From positions 1-50,182 of the forward strand of contig JAYTIE010000265.1 in assembly GCA_043732015.1 (NCBI GenBank): DNA of 50,182 nucleotides, read 5' to 3'. Below the pieces are notes generated by a model that did no database searches, had not been told where the DNA came from, and worked only from the letters and a program-made list of their open reading frames with translations. Shown here in pieces: positions 1-9,400 of the stretch. This DNA comes from Elusimicrobiota bacterium. Lineage in GTDB: Bacteria > Elusimicrobiota > Elusimicrobia > F11. The position numbers and the translations under genes are program-made. The first letter of the stretch is position 1; the number at the start of each line of letters is the position of its first letter.

Positions 1-2
1 AA

Positions 3-296
3 AAGATTCTGGAACGCGGGAACGTGCGCATTCTCGTCGACCAGATCATGGTGGAAGTTGACGGGGTCGCGAAGGGACGCCTGACCCGGAAGGAATTCGA
101 CCTGCTTTACGTGCTCATGAAAAAGAGCCCGCAGGTTCTCAGCCGAAGCTACTTGATTGAATCGGTCTGGGGAACGGACTATCCCGTTACGGATCGAACG
201 GTTGATGCGACCATCAAGCGTCTTCGCCAGAAGCTTGGTCCCGACGGCGCCAGGCACGTCGCGACGATCGAGGGGTTCGGCTACAAATTCGAGTGA
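3..296 (+). CDS. OmpR/PhoB-family response regulator, C-terminal winged-helix DNA-binding domain (5' partial)
   Basis: LTRKEFDLL...VLSRSYLIESVWG...RTVDATIKRLRQKL...TIEGFGYKF; frame is open to the window edge. Confidence 0.9.
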   Translation, partial: KILERGNVRILVDQIMVEVDGVAKGRLTRKEFDLLYVLMKKSPQVLSRSYLIESVWGTDYPVTDRTVDATIKRLRQKLGPDGARHVATIEGFGYKFE

Positions 297-997
297 CGCT
301 GGCGGTTTCGCCGGCGTTTCAGAAACCAGGTTGTCGCCACGACCGTCGTCACCGTGATTGAAACGGCGGTCAATGGCGCCCCCGCCTTCAACAAAGCCTT
401 CGCCAGTCCTTTCTGTCCCCCCACCAACACGGCCTGCCACAAAGACGTCGACAGATAGGTCACGAGCGTCATCCAGGGAAGAATGCCCGCGGCGGTTCCC
501 ATCAGAAAATCACGATTCCGCACCGCAGAAAGCCCCAGACCGAAATTGGCAATGGCGAACGGCGGAACGCCAATCAAACGCAGGATGCACACGGTCCTGA
601 CGCCCTTGCTCTCCGTCAACTGATCGATGACTTTCAGGTTACCCCGCATGAAGGGTTCAATGATCCGCCGGCCGACCGAACGGCCGGTCCGGAACGCCAG
701 CCACCCGCCCGCGGTCGCCGCAACCACATTCAGCGGCAATGCGATCCAAATAGGAAGAAGCACACCGCCAATGATCGGGAAAAGGGTAATAGGGAACACC
801 ATGACCCCGACGATGTAGACGGCGTAAAAGAAACCGACCATCCAGTGGTTCTGCTGAGCCGTGGAAACCCATTCAACGATCCGGCTCATCGAAAACAGAC
901 TGAGAAAAAGAGAAAAGCGAAAACCGGCGCTGAAAAACGCGATCACGATCGTGATAAGGAGGAGAGCAATCCAGCGCTTGCGAATGAAACTTCTCAT
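281..997 (-). CDS. TVP38/TMEM64 (DedA/VTT) family membrane protein
   Basis: Hydrophobic protein with LRLIGVPPFAIANFGLG and FLMGTAAGILPW motifs. Confidence 0.88.
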   Translation of the reverse strand: MRSFIRKRWIALLLITIVIAFFSAGFRFSLFLSLFSMSRIVEWVSTAQQNHWMVGFFYAVYIVGVMVFPITLFPIIGGVLLPIWIALPLNVVAATAGGWLAFRTGRSVGRRIIEPFMRGNLKVIDQLTESKGVRTVCILRLIGVPPFAIANFGLGLSAVRNRDFLMGTAAGILPWMTLVTYLSTSLWQAVLVGGQKGLAKALLKAGAPLTAVSITVTTVVATTWFLKRRRNRQRHSNL

Positions 998-1026
998 GCG
1001 AATGACCGGGGGTCGGTCATGCGAGG

Positions 1027-1512
1027 CTATTCCTTCGAGGATGAACCGCTCGCGAGCGTCTCAAGCGATTGCGAAACATGAGACTTGGGATTGAACTGGG
1101 AGTTGAAGATGAACTGAACCTTTCCGTCGGCATCGATCACGTAGGTCACGCGGCCGGGAATGAGGCCCAGGGTCGACGGAACGCCGAAAAGAAGACGGAC
1201 CTCGGCACCAATGTCGCTCAGCAGCCGGAACGGCAACTGATACTTGTCGGCAAAACGCGCGTGGGAGTCGGGAGAGTCGGAACTGATCCCCAGAACTTCA
1301 GCGTTCGCGGATTTGAATTCCGGATAGTGGTCCCGGAAATCGGAGGATTCCGCGATGCAACCGTACGTATCGTCCTTCGGATAGAAATACAGGACGACCG
1401 TCCGGCCGCGAAACTGGCTCAGCCGGACAATCTGACCTGCCTGATCCAGCAGCTCGAAGTCGGGAGCGATGTCGCCCACTTCAATGGGCTTTTTCTTGCA
1501 GAGATTGAACAT
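1027..1512 (-). CDS. bcp: Peroxiredoxin, Bcp/PrxQ family
   Basis: GDIAPDFEL, YFYPKDDTYGC (PxxxTxxC), GISSD, RVTYVID. ATG at 1512 chosen because the longer ORF overlaps the tmRNA. Confidence 0.9.
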   Translation of the reverse strand: MFNLCKKKPIEVGDIAPDFELLDQAGQIVRLSQFRGRTVVLYFYPKDDTYGCIAESSDFRDHYPEFKSANAEVLGISSDSPDSHARFADKYQLPFRLLSDIGAEVRLLFGVPSTLGLIPGRVTYVIDADGKVQFIFNSQFNPKSHVSQSLETLASGSSSKE

Positions 1513-1577
1513 TCGGTTTTTTGGGGTGACCTTCGTTTTCGGTGACTCGTTTCTCAAGGGCGTTCGCAGGAAATGGG

Positions 1578-1926
1578 TGGAGGTGGCGGGAATCGAACCC
1601 GCGTCCGGAGGTAAGATCATGTTGCCGCTACAGGTTTAGCCTAGTTTTCATCTCGCGACGTGGTTGTAACTAGACAGAACCTCCGCGTCACCAGCCTCGT
1701 GGTGTTTAAGACGTTGAAGACGAGACGCGCCTCAACATCCGATCCCGGTAATTACGATCCGACCCCGATACCGGACGTTTCGGGCGGATCGTCACAGCGT
1801 ATTAGGCTGCGAGAGCTAACTCAGAGTTAGCAGTTACTGTTTTGGCCGACTTGTTAACGGGGCCGTCGACCAACCCCGACCTGCTGCAATCACTCACTCG
1901 ACCACCGTCGAAACCAGATCACCCCC
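1578..1926 (-). ncRNA. ssrA: tmRNA; tag peptide (A)ANSELALAA* encoded at 1802-1831
   Basis: 5' GGGGGTGATCTGGTTTCGAC; 3' GACGCGGGTTCGATTCCCGCCACCTCCA; internal AGTAACT-GCT resume context with tag ending LAA-TAA. Confidence 0.96.
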
Positions 1927-1965
1927 GAAATGGGGCCGACCGGCGAGGTGCCTATGAGAACGATG

Positions 1966-2469
1966 TCAAAGACCTTTCTTGCGAAGCGCGCGGCGCTGCC
2001 TGAAAAACCGGGTCAATAGATCCGCGCATTCCTGACCCCGGATCATTCTAACAACATCCGGCCTGTGGTTCAGGTTCTTGTTTGGGACCACGGTCATGAC
2101 GGATCCGCAGGCGCCCGCTTTTGGGTCATTCGCTCCGAAAACAAGACGGGCGATGCGCGCGTGAACGATGGCCCCCGCGCACATCACGCAAGGTTCGAGC
2201 GTCGCGTACAACTCCGCTCCCGTCAGACGGTCGTTGCCCAGTTTTCGGGCGGCGGCGCGCAGGGCGACCACCTCGGCATGTGCCGTCGGGTCGCTCTTGG
2301 ACCGGTTCCGGTTATGTCCGCGACCGATGATTTTTCCGTCGAAAACGACCACCGCTCCCACCGGGACTTCGTCTCGGGCATGGGCCTTCAAAGCCTCTCG
2401 AATAGCGGCCCCCATGAATTTCTCATCGAGGCCGAATTCTGACTGAAGGAGGGTTTTCTTAATGCTCAT
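1966..2469 (-). CDS. tadA: tRNA adenosine(34) deaminase
   Basis: EVPVGAVVV, DPTAHAE, TLEPCVMC, DPKAGA, FFRQRR. Confidence 0.95.
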   Translation of the reverse strand: MSIKKTLLQSEFGLDEKFMGAAIREALKAHARDEVPVGAVVVFDGKIIGRGHNRNRSKSDPTAHAEVVALRAAARKLGNDRLTGAELYATLEPCVMCAGAIVHARIARLVFGANDPKAGACGSVMTVVPNKNLNHRPDVVRMIRGQECADLLTRFFRQRRALRKKGL

Positions 2470-2509
2470 AACGGGTGGAGGGAGGCGCCAGCGGCGCGGA
2501 GAAAAAATA

Positions 2510-2582
2510 TGTGGCCAGTAGGATTTGAACCTACGACCCCTTCGTTCGTAGCGAAGTGCTCTTCCAGCTGAGCTATGGCCAC
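2510..2582 (-). tRNA. tRNA-Arg(ACG), CCA not encoded
   Basis: GTGGCCA/TGGCCAC acceptor stem; anticodon arm CTTCG-CT ACG AA-CGAAG; GGTTCAAATCC T-arm. Confidence 0.96.
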
Positions 2583-2748
2583 TTTGGATTCGGCAGACCG
2601 AGGCGCTGATGGGCCTGCGAATGCGCTTATTGAATCAATTTGGGACGGAAATGGAAATGCCGCCCCGTGCTGTTTAAAAATCAATGTCGGGGCGGCACCG
2701 GCATCAATTCATGATCGAACGGTGACGGAGGAGATGACGGGGGGCGGT

Positions 2749-3447
2749 TTAGAAGTGATAGCCGAGGACGAAACGGCTGGCCAGTCCACAGACCACCGCC
2801 AGGGTGTTGCCCATGACCACGCTGGTCCAGCTGAAATCGACCCGGCGGGTCCAGACGTGGCGGCCGAATGAAACGAGCACGAACATCAGCACGAAAATCC
2901 ACCAGGGGTGAGGCAGGAAGAACGCCAGCCACACCACCAGGCGCTGAAGCATGGAAATGTACTTTTCCTCGGTCTCCGGGTATTCCCGGCCGTAAATGTC
3001 CTTTTCCACGAACCAGATGGTCACGGTGGCAAAGTGCGTCACGACCACGAAAAGCGCCCCCAGAATGGGCCAAGACGTCAGAAGTGGCTGGGTTCTCCAG
3101 GGGCAAAGAAAGAACAGGATGAAGATGTGAATCGCTTGATCCCAGAAATAAAACAGGGTGTTGTCCGTCCAGCCCGTGTTAATTCGCGTGACCCGGAACC
3201 AATCCTCTACATAGTGAAGAATCGCCGCGATCGCCACGCAAAACCATCCGTTCAGAGGCAATCCGAGGAGCGGGACCCAGACATCCGATAGAAAAGGCCA
3301 GGCGAGGACGATGTAGCAGAACGGGTGGATCGCGACGTGGGCGAGAAGGCCCATCCGGCTCTTCCGCTTCCACTCCGCAATGAAATTGGTCTGAAAGGTG
3401 AAATCGGCAAGAAGATGCCCGAAAAGGAGCCGACAGAAGATTTCCAT
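2749..3447 (-). CDS. DUF3307-family membrane protein
   Basis: GHLLADFTFQT, HVAIH, HYVED, WDQAIH motifs. Confidence 0.85.
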   Translation of the reverse strand: MEIFCRLLFGHLLADFTFQTNFIAEWKRKSRMGLLAHVAIHPFCYIVLAWPFLSDVWVPLLGLPLNGWFCVAIAAILHYVEDWFRVTRINTGWTDNTLFYFWDQAIHIFILFFLCPWRTQPLLTSWPILGALFVVVTHFATVTIWFVEKDIYGREYPETEEKYISMLQRLVVWLAFFLPHPWWIFVLMFVLVSFGRHVWTRRVDFSWTSVVMGNTLAVVCGLASRFVLGYHF

Positions 3448-3539
3448 GAGTGCTCGAAGGATACAAGAACACTTTCACGCAAAACAAGAGAATCAGCCTG
3501 TGACTTAGTTCACTTTCAGGCTGATTTCTCAGGGTTATC

Positions 3540-4511
3540 TCAGCATCCACACCTTTTAACCGGAAGGGGGACGGAAAGCCACCCGGCGCCATCGAGGGTG
3601 AAAATTGCTCTAAAAGGGCACTTCTGCCGGACCCCATCGACGATGATTTCCGGGTTTCCGTCGGAGTTGAAGTCGGAAACCCCCACCAGGCCGAAGCGCC
3701 CCGAGCCGTGCGACAGGTCGACGTTCTCCGTTAAAACCGTGGACAGGTGAACCCCGTCGAAAACGGCGAGCACCATGGCCGGAAGGCGGTCGTCTTCGGT
3801 GCTGGGCTGACGGCGCGTCGCCTGAACAACCGTTCCCGTCGAGGCTCCCGGCAGAACCCAGGACTCAATCCGGAAATCTTCCGTGTATTTCACCACCCGG
3901 GAGATGAGGTTGAGCGCATCCGGGGGCAACGGGGCAGGTTTCAGGTCCGCCGGAGCCGTGAACATCACATCGCCGACCACCAGCGCGGCGTCGAACGCAA
4001 AAAACAGCGGCGCGGAATCCAGCGGGTGATCCAGCAGGGCATAAAGGGCGAACGGGGCGGTGGAGGCGCAGCCGGACTTCTGTCTCCGGATGACAAATTT
4101 TCCCAGAGCGCGCTCCTCGTTGCGTCCCCGGCCAACCGCCACGACGCGGTCTCCGGGGCGAACGAGACACGAGTCGCCGAACATCTCCCGGACCCGCGGC
4201 AGGCCGAAATTGATCAAGGTTTCCTGGTCGGAGGGATTCCCCCCCGAAGCGACGATCAATTCCGCCACGTCCAGATCGTGGCACAACACGCCAGGCGCCG
4301 TTGGTTCAAACGACGGCGAATAGATTTCGACGGCTTCCCGGTCGCCGCCCGCGTAGGAAACAGGGGGATCGTCGCTGGCGGAGACCCATCGATCGTAGGC
4401 GGCGTTCTCGGTGTCGATGAGCGATCCGACCGGATCGGGTTCCGCGGAGAGAGGAATGACAGCGCCGAGGAGTAGCAGGAGGCCGGCAGCAAGACGGCGG
4501 GTTGAGCTCAG
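3540..4511 (-). CDS. Putative secreted protein with a C-terminal FG-GAP/VCBS-like Ca-binding motif; probable non-canonical CTG start
   Basis: Frame of ORF 3540-4289 stays open to 4580; the extension encodes signal-like LSSTRRLAAGLLLLLGAVIPLSA; SDFNSDGNPEIIV near the C-terminus. Confidence 0.6.
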   Translation of the reverse strand: MSSTRRLAAGLLLLLGAVIPLSAEPDPVGSLIDTENAAYDRWVSASDDPPVSYAGGDREAVEIYSPSFEPTAPGVLCHDLDVAELIVASGGNPSDQETLINFGLPRVREMFGDSCLVRPGDRVVAVGRGRNEERALGKFVIRRQKSGCASTAPFALYALLDHPLDSAPLFFAFDAALVVGDVMFTAPADLKPAPLPPDALNLISRVVKYTEDFRIESWVLPGASTGTVVQATRRQPSTEDDRLPAMVLAVFDGVHLSTVLTENVDLSHGSGRFGLVGVSDFNSDGNPEIIVDGVRQKCPFRAIFTLDGAGWLSVPLPVKRCGC

Positions 4512-4515
4512 GTGC

Positions 4516-5529
4516 TTACTGCCCTTCGGTGAGGTTGGGCGCGACGTGAACGTACTCCTCGCCCGAGCTGAGCGCGGCGATCAGAATTTCGCGGACACGC
4601 TCGAGGGTCTTGCTCTGCACGAGTTCTCCCCGCCACTTGGCGGCATTCGGCATACCGGCAATGTACCATGTGCCAATCCGGCGCATGTGGTAGACGGCTT
4701 TTACTGGCCCCGCATACAGTGCCTCGAGTTCCATGTGTTCAATGACGGTCGCAAGCCGCTCTTCCTGCGTGGGCGGCGCCACCTCGCGCCCCTCAAACAG
4801 CACGGAATGGATCTGTTGGAAAATCCAGGGATTGCCGAGGCCGCCGCGCCCAATCATGACGCCGTCGCAACCGCTGACCTCACGAAGGCGCCGCGCGTCC
4901 GCAGCGGAGGTCACATCTCCGTTGCCGATAACGGGAATCTTCACCGCGTGCTTCACCTTGCCAATGTTTTCCCAGTTCGCCTTGCCGGTGTAGCCCTGGG
5001 CGCGCGTGCGTCCATGAATCGTGACGGCGGAGATACCGGAGCCTTCGGCGATCTTCGCGATCTCCACGGCTTCACGGCCGGTCTCATCTTCCCAGCCGGT
5101 GCGCATCTTCACGGTGACGGGAATGTTCTTAACAGCGCCGACGACTTTCTTGAAAACGGCTTCGGTGTTCTTCGGATTGGTGAGCATCGCGGATCCCGAG
5201 CCCCCGGATGTCACCTTGCGGACCGGACATCCGAGGTTGAGATCCAGAAGGTCAAAACCCATCTCTTCAATCTTTGTCGCGGCGGAGGCCATGATATCGG
5301 CATCACAGCCCATGAGCTGGGCGCCGAGCGGGCTGTCTTCCTCTATCGTCTTCAGCAGTTCAAACGTCTTGCTGCTGGCGTGCACCAGTCCGTTCGCGGA
5401 GACCATCTCGATGAAGCAGAACTTCATGCCGCGCTTTCGGGCGACCATGCGGTAGGCCAGATCGGTGCAGCCCACCATGGGGGACTGTATGACCGGGGAC
5501 GGGATGTTGAGGGTTTTTAGTTGCAGCAT
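4516..5529 (-). CDS. dusB: tRNA-dihydrouridine synthase
   Basis: SPMVGCTD, EMVS, DLNLGCP, VKMRTGW, IHGRT, GNGDV, MIGRG. Confidence 0.93.
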   Translation of the reverse strand: MLQLKTLNIPSPVIQSPMVGCTDLAYRMVARKRGMKFCFIEMVSANGLVHASSKTFELLKTIEEDSPLGAQLMGCDADIMASAATKIEEMGFDLLDLNLGCPVRKVTSGGSGSAMLTNPKNTEAVFKKVVGAVKNIPVTVKMRTGWEDETGREAVEIAKIAEGSGISAVTIHGRTRAQGYTGKANWENIGKVKHAVKIPVIGNGDVTSAADARRLREVSGCDGVMIGRGGLGNPWIFQQIHSVLFEGREVAPPTQEERLATVIEHMELEALYAGPVKAVYHMRRIGTWYIAGMPNAAKWRGELVQSKTLERVREILIAALSSGEEYVHVAPNLTEGQ

Positions 5530-5556
5530 AGGAGCCGGACGGAAGATATAAAGGTA

Positions 5557-5659
5557 ATAGCGCGGGGCGTCCCAACCGAACGATGCTTTCGCATGGTTGG
5601 GACAGCCCCGACGTGGGACTGTCCCGGCATCTGTGAAAAACAAGTTATAGCGCGGGGCG
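5557..5659. repeat. 13-bp direct repeat of the tRNA-Met 3' end (5557-5569 / 5647-5659) flanking overlapping inverted repeats
   Basis: ATAGCGCGGGGCG occurs twice, 90 bp apart; hairpins at 5563-5610 and 5599-5625. Confidence 0.6.
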
Positions 5660-5720
5660 GGATCGAACCGCCGACCCTGGGCTTATGAGTCCCATGCTCT
5701 GCCAACTGAGCTACCGCGCC
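5648..5720 (-). tRNA. tRNA-Met(CAT), elongator type (Ile2 less likely), CCA not encoded
   Basis: GGCGCGG/CCGCGCT acceptor stem, GGGACT CAT AAGCCC anticodon arm, GGTTCGATCC; lacks the initiator C1:A72 mismatch. Confidence 0.92.
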
Positions 5721-5816
5721 AAAAAACGGGGTCGAAACAGGGTGGATGTTAGCTGATCGGGGCCACGTCGGCAAATGGGTGGCCAACAAGGACACACTTT
5801 ATACAATGGGGCGAAA

Positions 5817-6404
5817 ATGAACTCATTTCTATTGGCGTTTATTCCGCTCCTCGTCGCCATCGACCCCTTCGGGACGCTCCCGCTGTTCCTGGGATTGACC
5901 GAAGGATACACCCGGCAGGAGAAAAATCAGCTCGCCCTTCAGGCGGTGATCACCGCGTTCATCGTGGGCGTTGCGTTTGCCGCCGCGGGACACTACGTGT
6001 TCGCGCTGCTGGGAATCAACGGGTCTGATTTCCGGATCGCGGGCGGACTGCTGCTGCTGATTTTTTCGATCCGCGAGGTTTTCGGCCACACGGAGAAGAA
6101 TCCGCAGGGCACAACGCGTGACGCGTTCATGGGAATTGTCCCGCTCGGGATTCCCCTTATCGCCGGACCGGCCACCATCACGACGCTTCTGATCCTTCAC
6201 GATTCGCGGCCGTTTCCGATTATCGTTCTGGCCCTCGCCGCCAATCTCGCCATCTCGTACCTGATTTTTTTCTATTCAGACCAGATCCTGAAAACCGTTG
6301 GAGAAGCCACTTCTCGCGCGACGGCGAAGATCGTCGCCATCTTCCTCGCGGCCATCGGAATCATGATGATCCGAAAAGGCCTCGAGGCAATTCTCCACCG
6401 CTAG
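5817..6404 (+). CDS. marC: MarC family integral membrane protein
   Basis: IDPFGTLPLF, FRIAGGLLL, VPLGIPLIAGPATIT. Confidence 0.92.
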   Translation: MNSFLLAFIPLLVAIDPFGTLPLFLGLTEGYTRQEKNQLALQAVITAFIVGVAFAAAGHYVFALLGINGSDFRIAGGLLLLIFSIREVFGHTEKNPQGTTRDAFMGIVPLGIPLIAGPATITTLLILHDSRPFPIIVLALAANLAISYLIFFYSDQILKTVGEATSRATAKIVAIFLAAIGIMMIRKGLEAILHR

Positions 6405-9400
6405 ACCTGCCGCTGTAGATTCATCATCCCACGCTGGCCGCCATCCAGGAAGCGGAGTGGTCGCCCTCTCAAGGAACGGTTGGCGACCTCATGCACTGCC
6501 GTCCCGACGACCGCCACCGCAATTCCCAGCAAGGGGCTGATTGAAAAACCAATGGCAGGCGCTACGGCCACGACGAAACCCAAAAATAAAACTCGCCGTT
6601 TGGCGCCGCTGTCCAGCGATCCAAACGGTGTCTCGACGGCCGCCTCCTCTTCACTCACCAGGACCGTGCGATGTCCAATGAACCAGATGGCGAGGCCCAT
6701 GCCGGCCGCGACGATTCCTGGAACGACGACGCCACTGAAAATCCACGCCATCAGGGAAGCGTTCACCAGTCCAAGAACGGCAAACAGCGCGCCTTCCGTG
6801 TACGGAGCCAGACGGGCCAGGAATTCCCGCGAATAGCCTGTAAAGGCGGAGAGCCCGCGGACCATGGAAACCATCACCGCGAAGGAGGTGGCGCTGGTCT
6901 GCTCATTTCTTAGCAGTTCGAGCCGGGCCCGAACTTCGGGAACGATGGGCTGGCCAAACACTTCTTTCGGAGTGGATCGCTGGGCCGCACCCTTGAAGCT
7001 GAAAACCTTTGTTACCGGGAAGCGCGCTTCGACGTCGACCGATTCGCCGGTCGGGAGCGATGAAAGATATCTCTCGTACCAGACGATGGCGCCGGCGCGA
7101 CCCTTTTCCCGTCCGAATTCTTCCGTCAAGGCCTGCTCAACGCCTCGCAGCAGCGACGGGATGTCGTTCGCGAAAGGCTGCCACTCCCGTTCGGGAGACC
7201 CGGCTTTGAGCGACAGATGAAACAGCGAATCAAGAAGCGTGCTTGCCGACGCCATCTTCGTAGAACGAAGATAGGCCAGCGCGGCGCGGCCGTCCGTTGT
7301 GTCGTAAAGAATATCGGTGCGAAGATCGAGCGTGTCGACGATCTGGCCGCTCATGGGAACGGTTTCACTTCTGGCCAACCTTGGCAGTCCCGCCCTGAGG
7401 CGAATGAAAGTAACGGTCAGCATCGCCGCGACGGCTTTCGCAACGTCCTTCCGGCGCATCTCATCTGGAGGGCGTCCGGAAAGTTTTCCGGCCTCCCCTT
7501 CCCACAAAAGGGAAAACTTCATCCGGTCGTTCTGCCTATCAAGATCAGAGGGTGAGGCGTCGGGCCTGAAACGGGCGTACTCGGGAAGCCACTGACGGGC
7601 AAAAGTCTCAGACTTCAACGGCCCCACGAGCGGGAAGTAATCGATGTTTCGCAAACCGGCCATCGCCACTCTCGGGCTGATGTCTTCGGTTTCAGCCCCG
7701 ATCGGTTTGGCGGCGCGGCTCATCATCGCGTAGAGCTCCGTCGTTTCCGCTCTCATGCCCGGTTTTCCGACGACCATCGCGATCCGCGGATATTCCTGCT
7801 CGGACAGGCCCGGCAGAACAAACGTCACTTCGCAGACCAGCGCCTCCGCCAGTTCCTCGGAAACACGTATCTCGATGGCGGACGCCTCCGCCGGCTGAAA
7901 TTGCGGTGTCGCGATCCTGTGCGCGACCGTCGCCAGCGCGGCGCCGCCTTCGCGGTTAAGAAAATAGTCTTTGATCCGCGCCATCGCATGGGCTTTCAGC
8001 GGATGCGCTTTGTCTCCGACCCATTTCAGGGAATTCCCCAGCCTGTCAATCTGATCGCTGGCGACGGGCGGGGCGTCAATGGGAGTGATTTCTTCCAGGT
8101 GGCTGTCATAGTCCTTGAACTTCGAAAGCCGCGCCATCACCTTGTCGAATACTTCCCTCGACAGGCGCTTGTTCGCATACGCCTTTCTCAGGGCGCCAAC
8201 AACGCGCTCGTATCCGATTTCGAATTTGTAGCCGGTGAGACACATTCGCGTCAGCTCATTCACTTCCCGGTTGTCCCGGTGGCCCGAGCCAATGGAGAAT
8301 TCCCAATACTTCACGATCCCGTTCACCGTTTTGAAAAGCGGAACTTCGTCTCCGCGACCGTCCATGACCTTGTGCGCGGAGAGCGCTTTCGGCTCGAAAC
8401 TCCCATCCGTCCAGTGCTTCTTCTCCGACACCATCACCACGGACGCCTTGGGATCGTCGACGGCGCGATTCGGATTGGACGCCTGCCCCGGTTGATAGGC
8501 AACCGCCCCCTGGAAGAATTCTCCACGAAAGCTTTCGAACTCCCGTTCCGACAGCGTCGGAGCGCTTCCGAGCAACGCTCGGGACTCCCCCAGATCGGCT
8601 TCCTTGATAGTTGCCTCGAACTCCACGGGAAACTCCTGCAGCTGCTCACCGAAGTTCAGCGCAAAAATATAGTGGGAATCGATCTCATCCTCTTCAAGCG
8701 GCAGCCGAATGATCATCGTGTTGTCGTCTCGCTGAAAGACGACGGGCTCCTGAAGACGAATTCCCTGCGGTTTGGGCGACCAGTTTTCAAAAATTTTAAG
8801 GGCATCAATATATTGCCGGGCGGATCCATCCATCATCGGCAACTCCGGAGCGTCAACATAAATATCAGCGTCCCAGATATCCAGCGAGCGCATGGCGAAG
8901 AGCAGATGCTCCACCATGGAGATACTGACGTCCTTCTTCGCCGCACCCGTGTGACGCCGGCGCCCCCGCAATATGTTGCTGAGAACGATGGGGATCTCAC
9001 GGGACTCCCACGACCCGGAGATATCCGTTCGGTAAGCCCTGATCCCGCTCCCGGGAGGTTTGGGAACAATCCTGATCTGAACCGGTTTGCCCGTGTGAAG
9101 ACCGACGCCCATGATCGGTACTCCGAAGATCCGGTAGTAGGCCTGCTTCATGAATTTGACGAGCGCCCGCCACGACATGACGAAGGGCCGGGACATGGCG
9201 GAGAAGGCGAGCTGCTTGCCGGAAAATTCGACCGAGATCGTCTCGATTCGGTCCAGGAAGGAAATAGTGACCTCCACTGTTTTTCCCTTCGCCGTCGAAA
9301 CGACGCGCGTACCGGACAACGAAGCCTGGAAATATCCGAGCTGATCTCGTCCCCACTGGATGGTTCTCTTATCACGGTTAAGGGTTCCGCGGGCGATTGC

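Noticed and set aside
1513-1620. N-terminal extension of the Bcp ORF (MILPPDAGSIPATST...)
   Set aside because: It reads through the tmRNA 3' end; the real start is most likely ATG 1512.
5574-5598. Resemblance to group II intron domain V (ATGC-GAAA-GCA...CGGTT)
   Set aside because: Too short, lacks the canonical stem and triad, and no other intron domains or RT gene are present.
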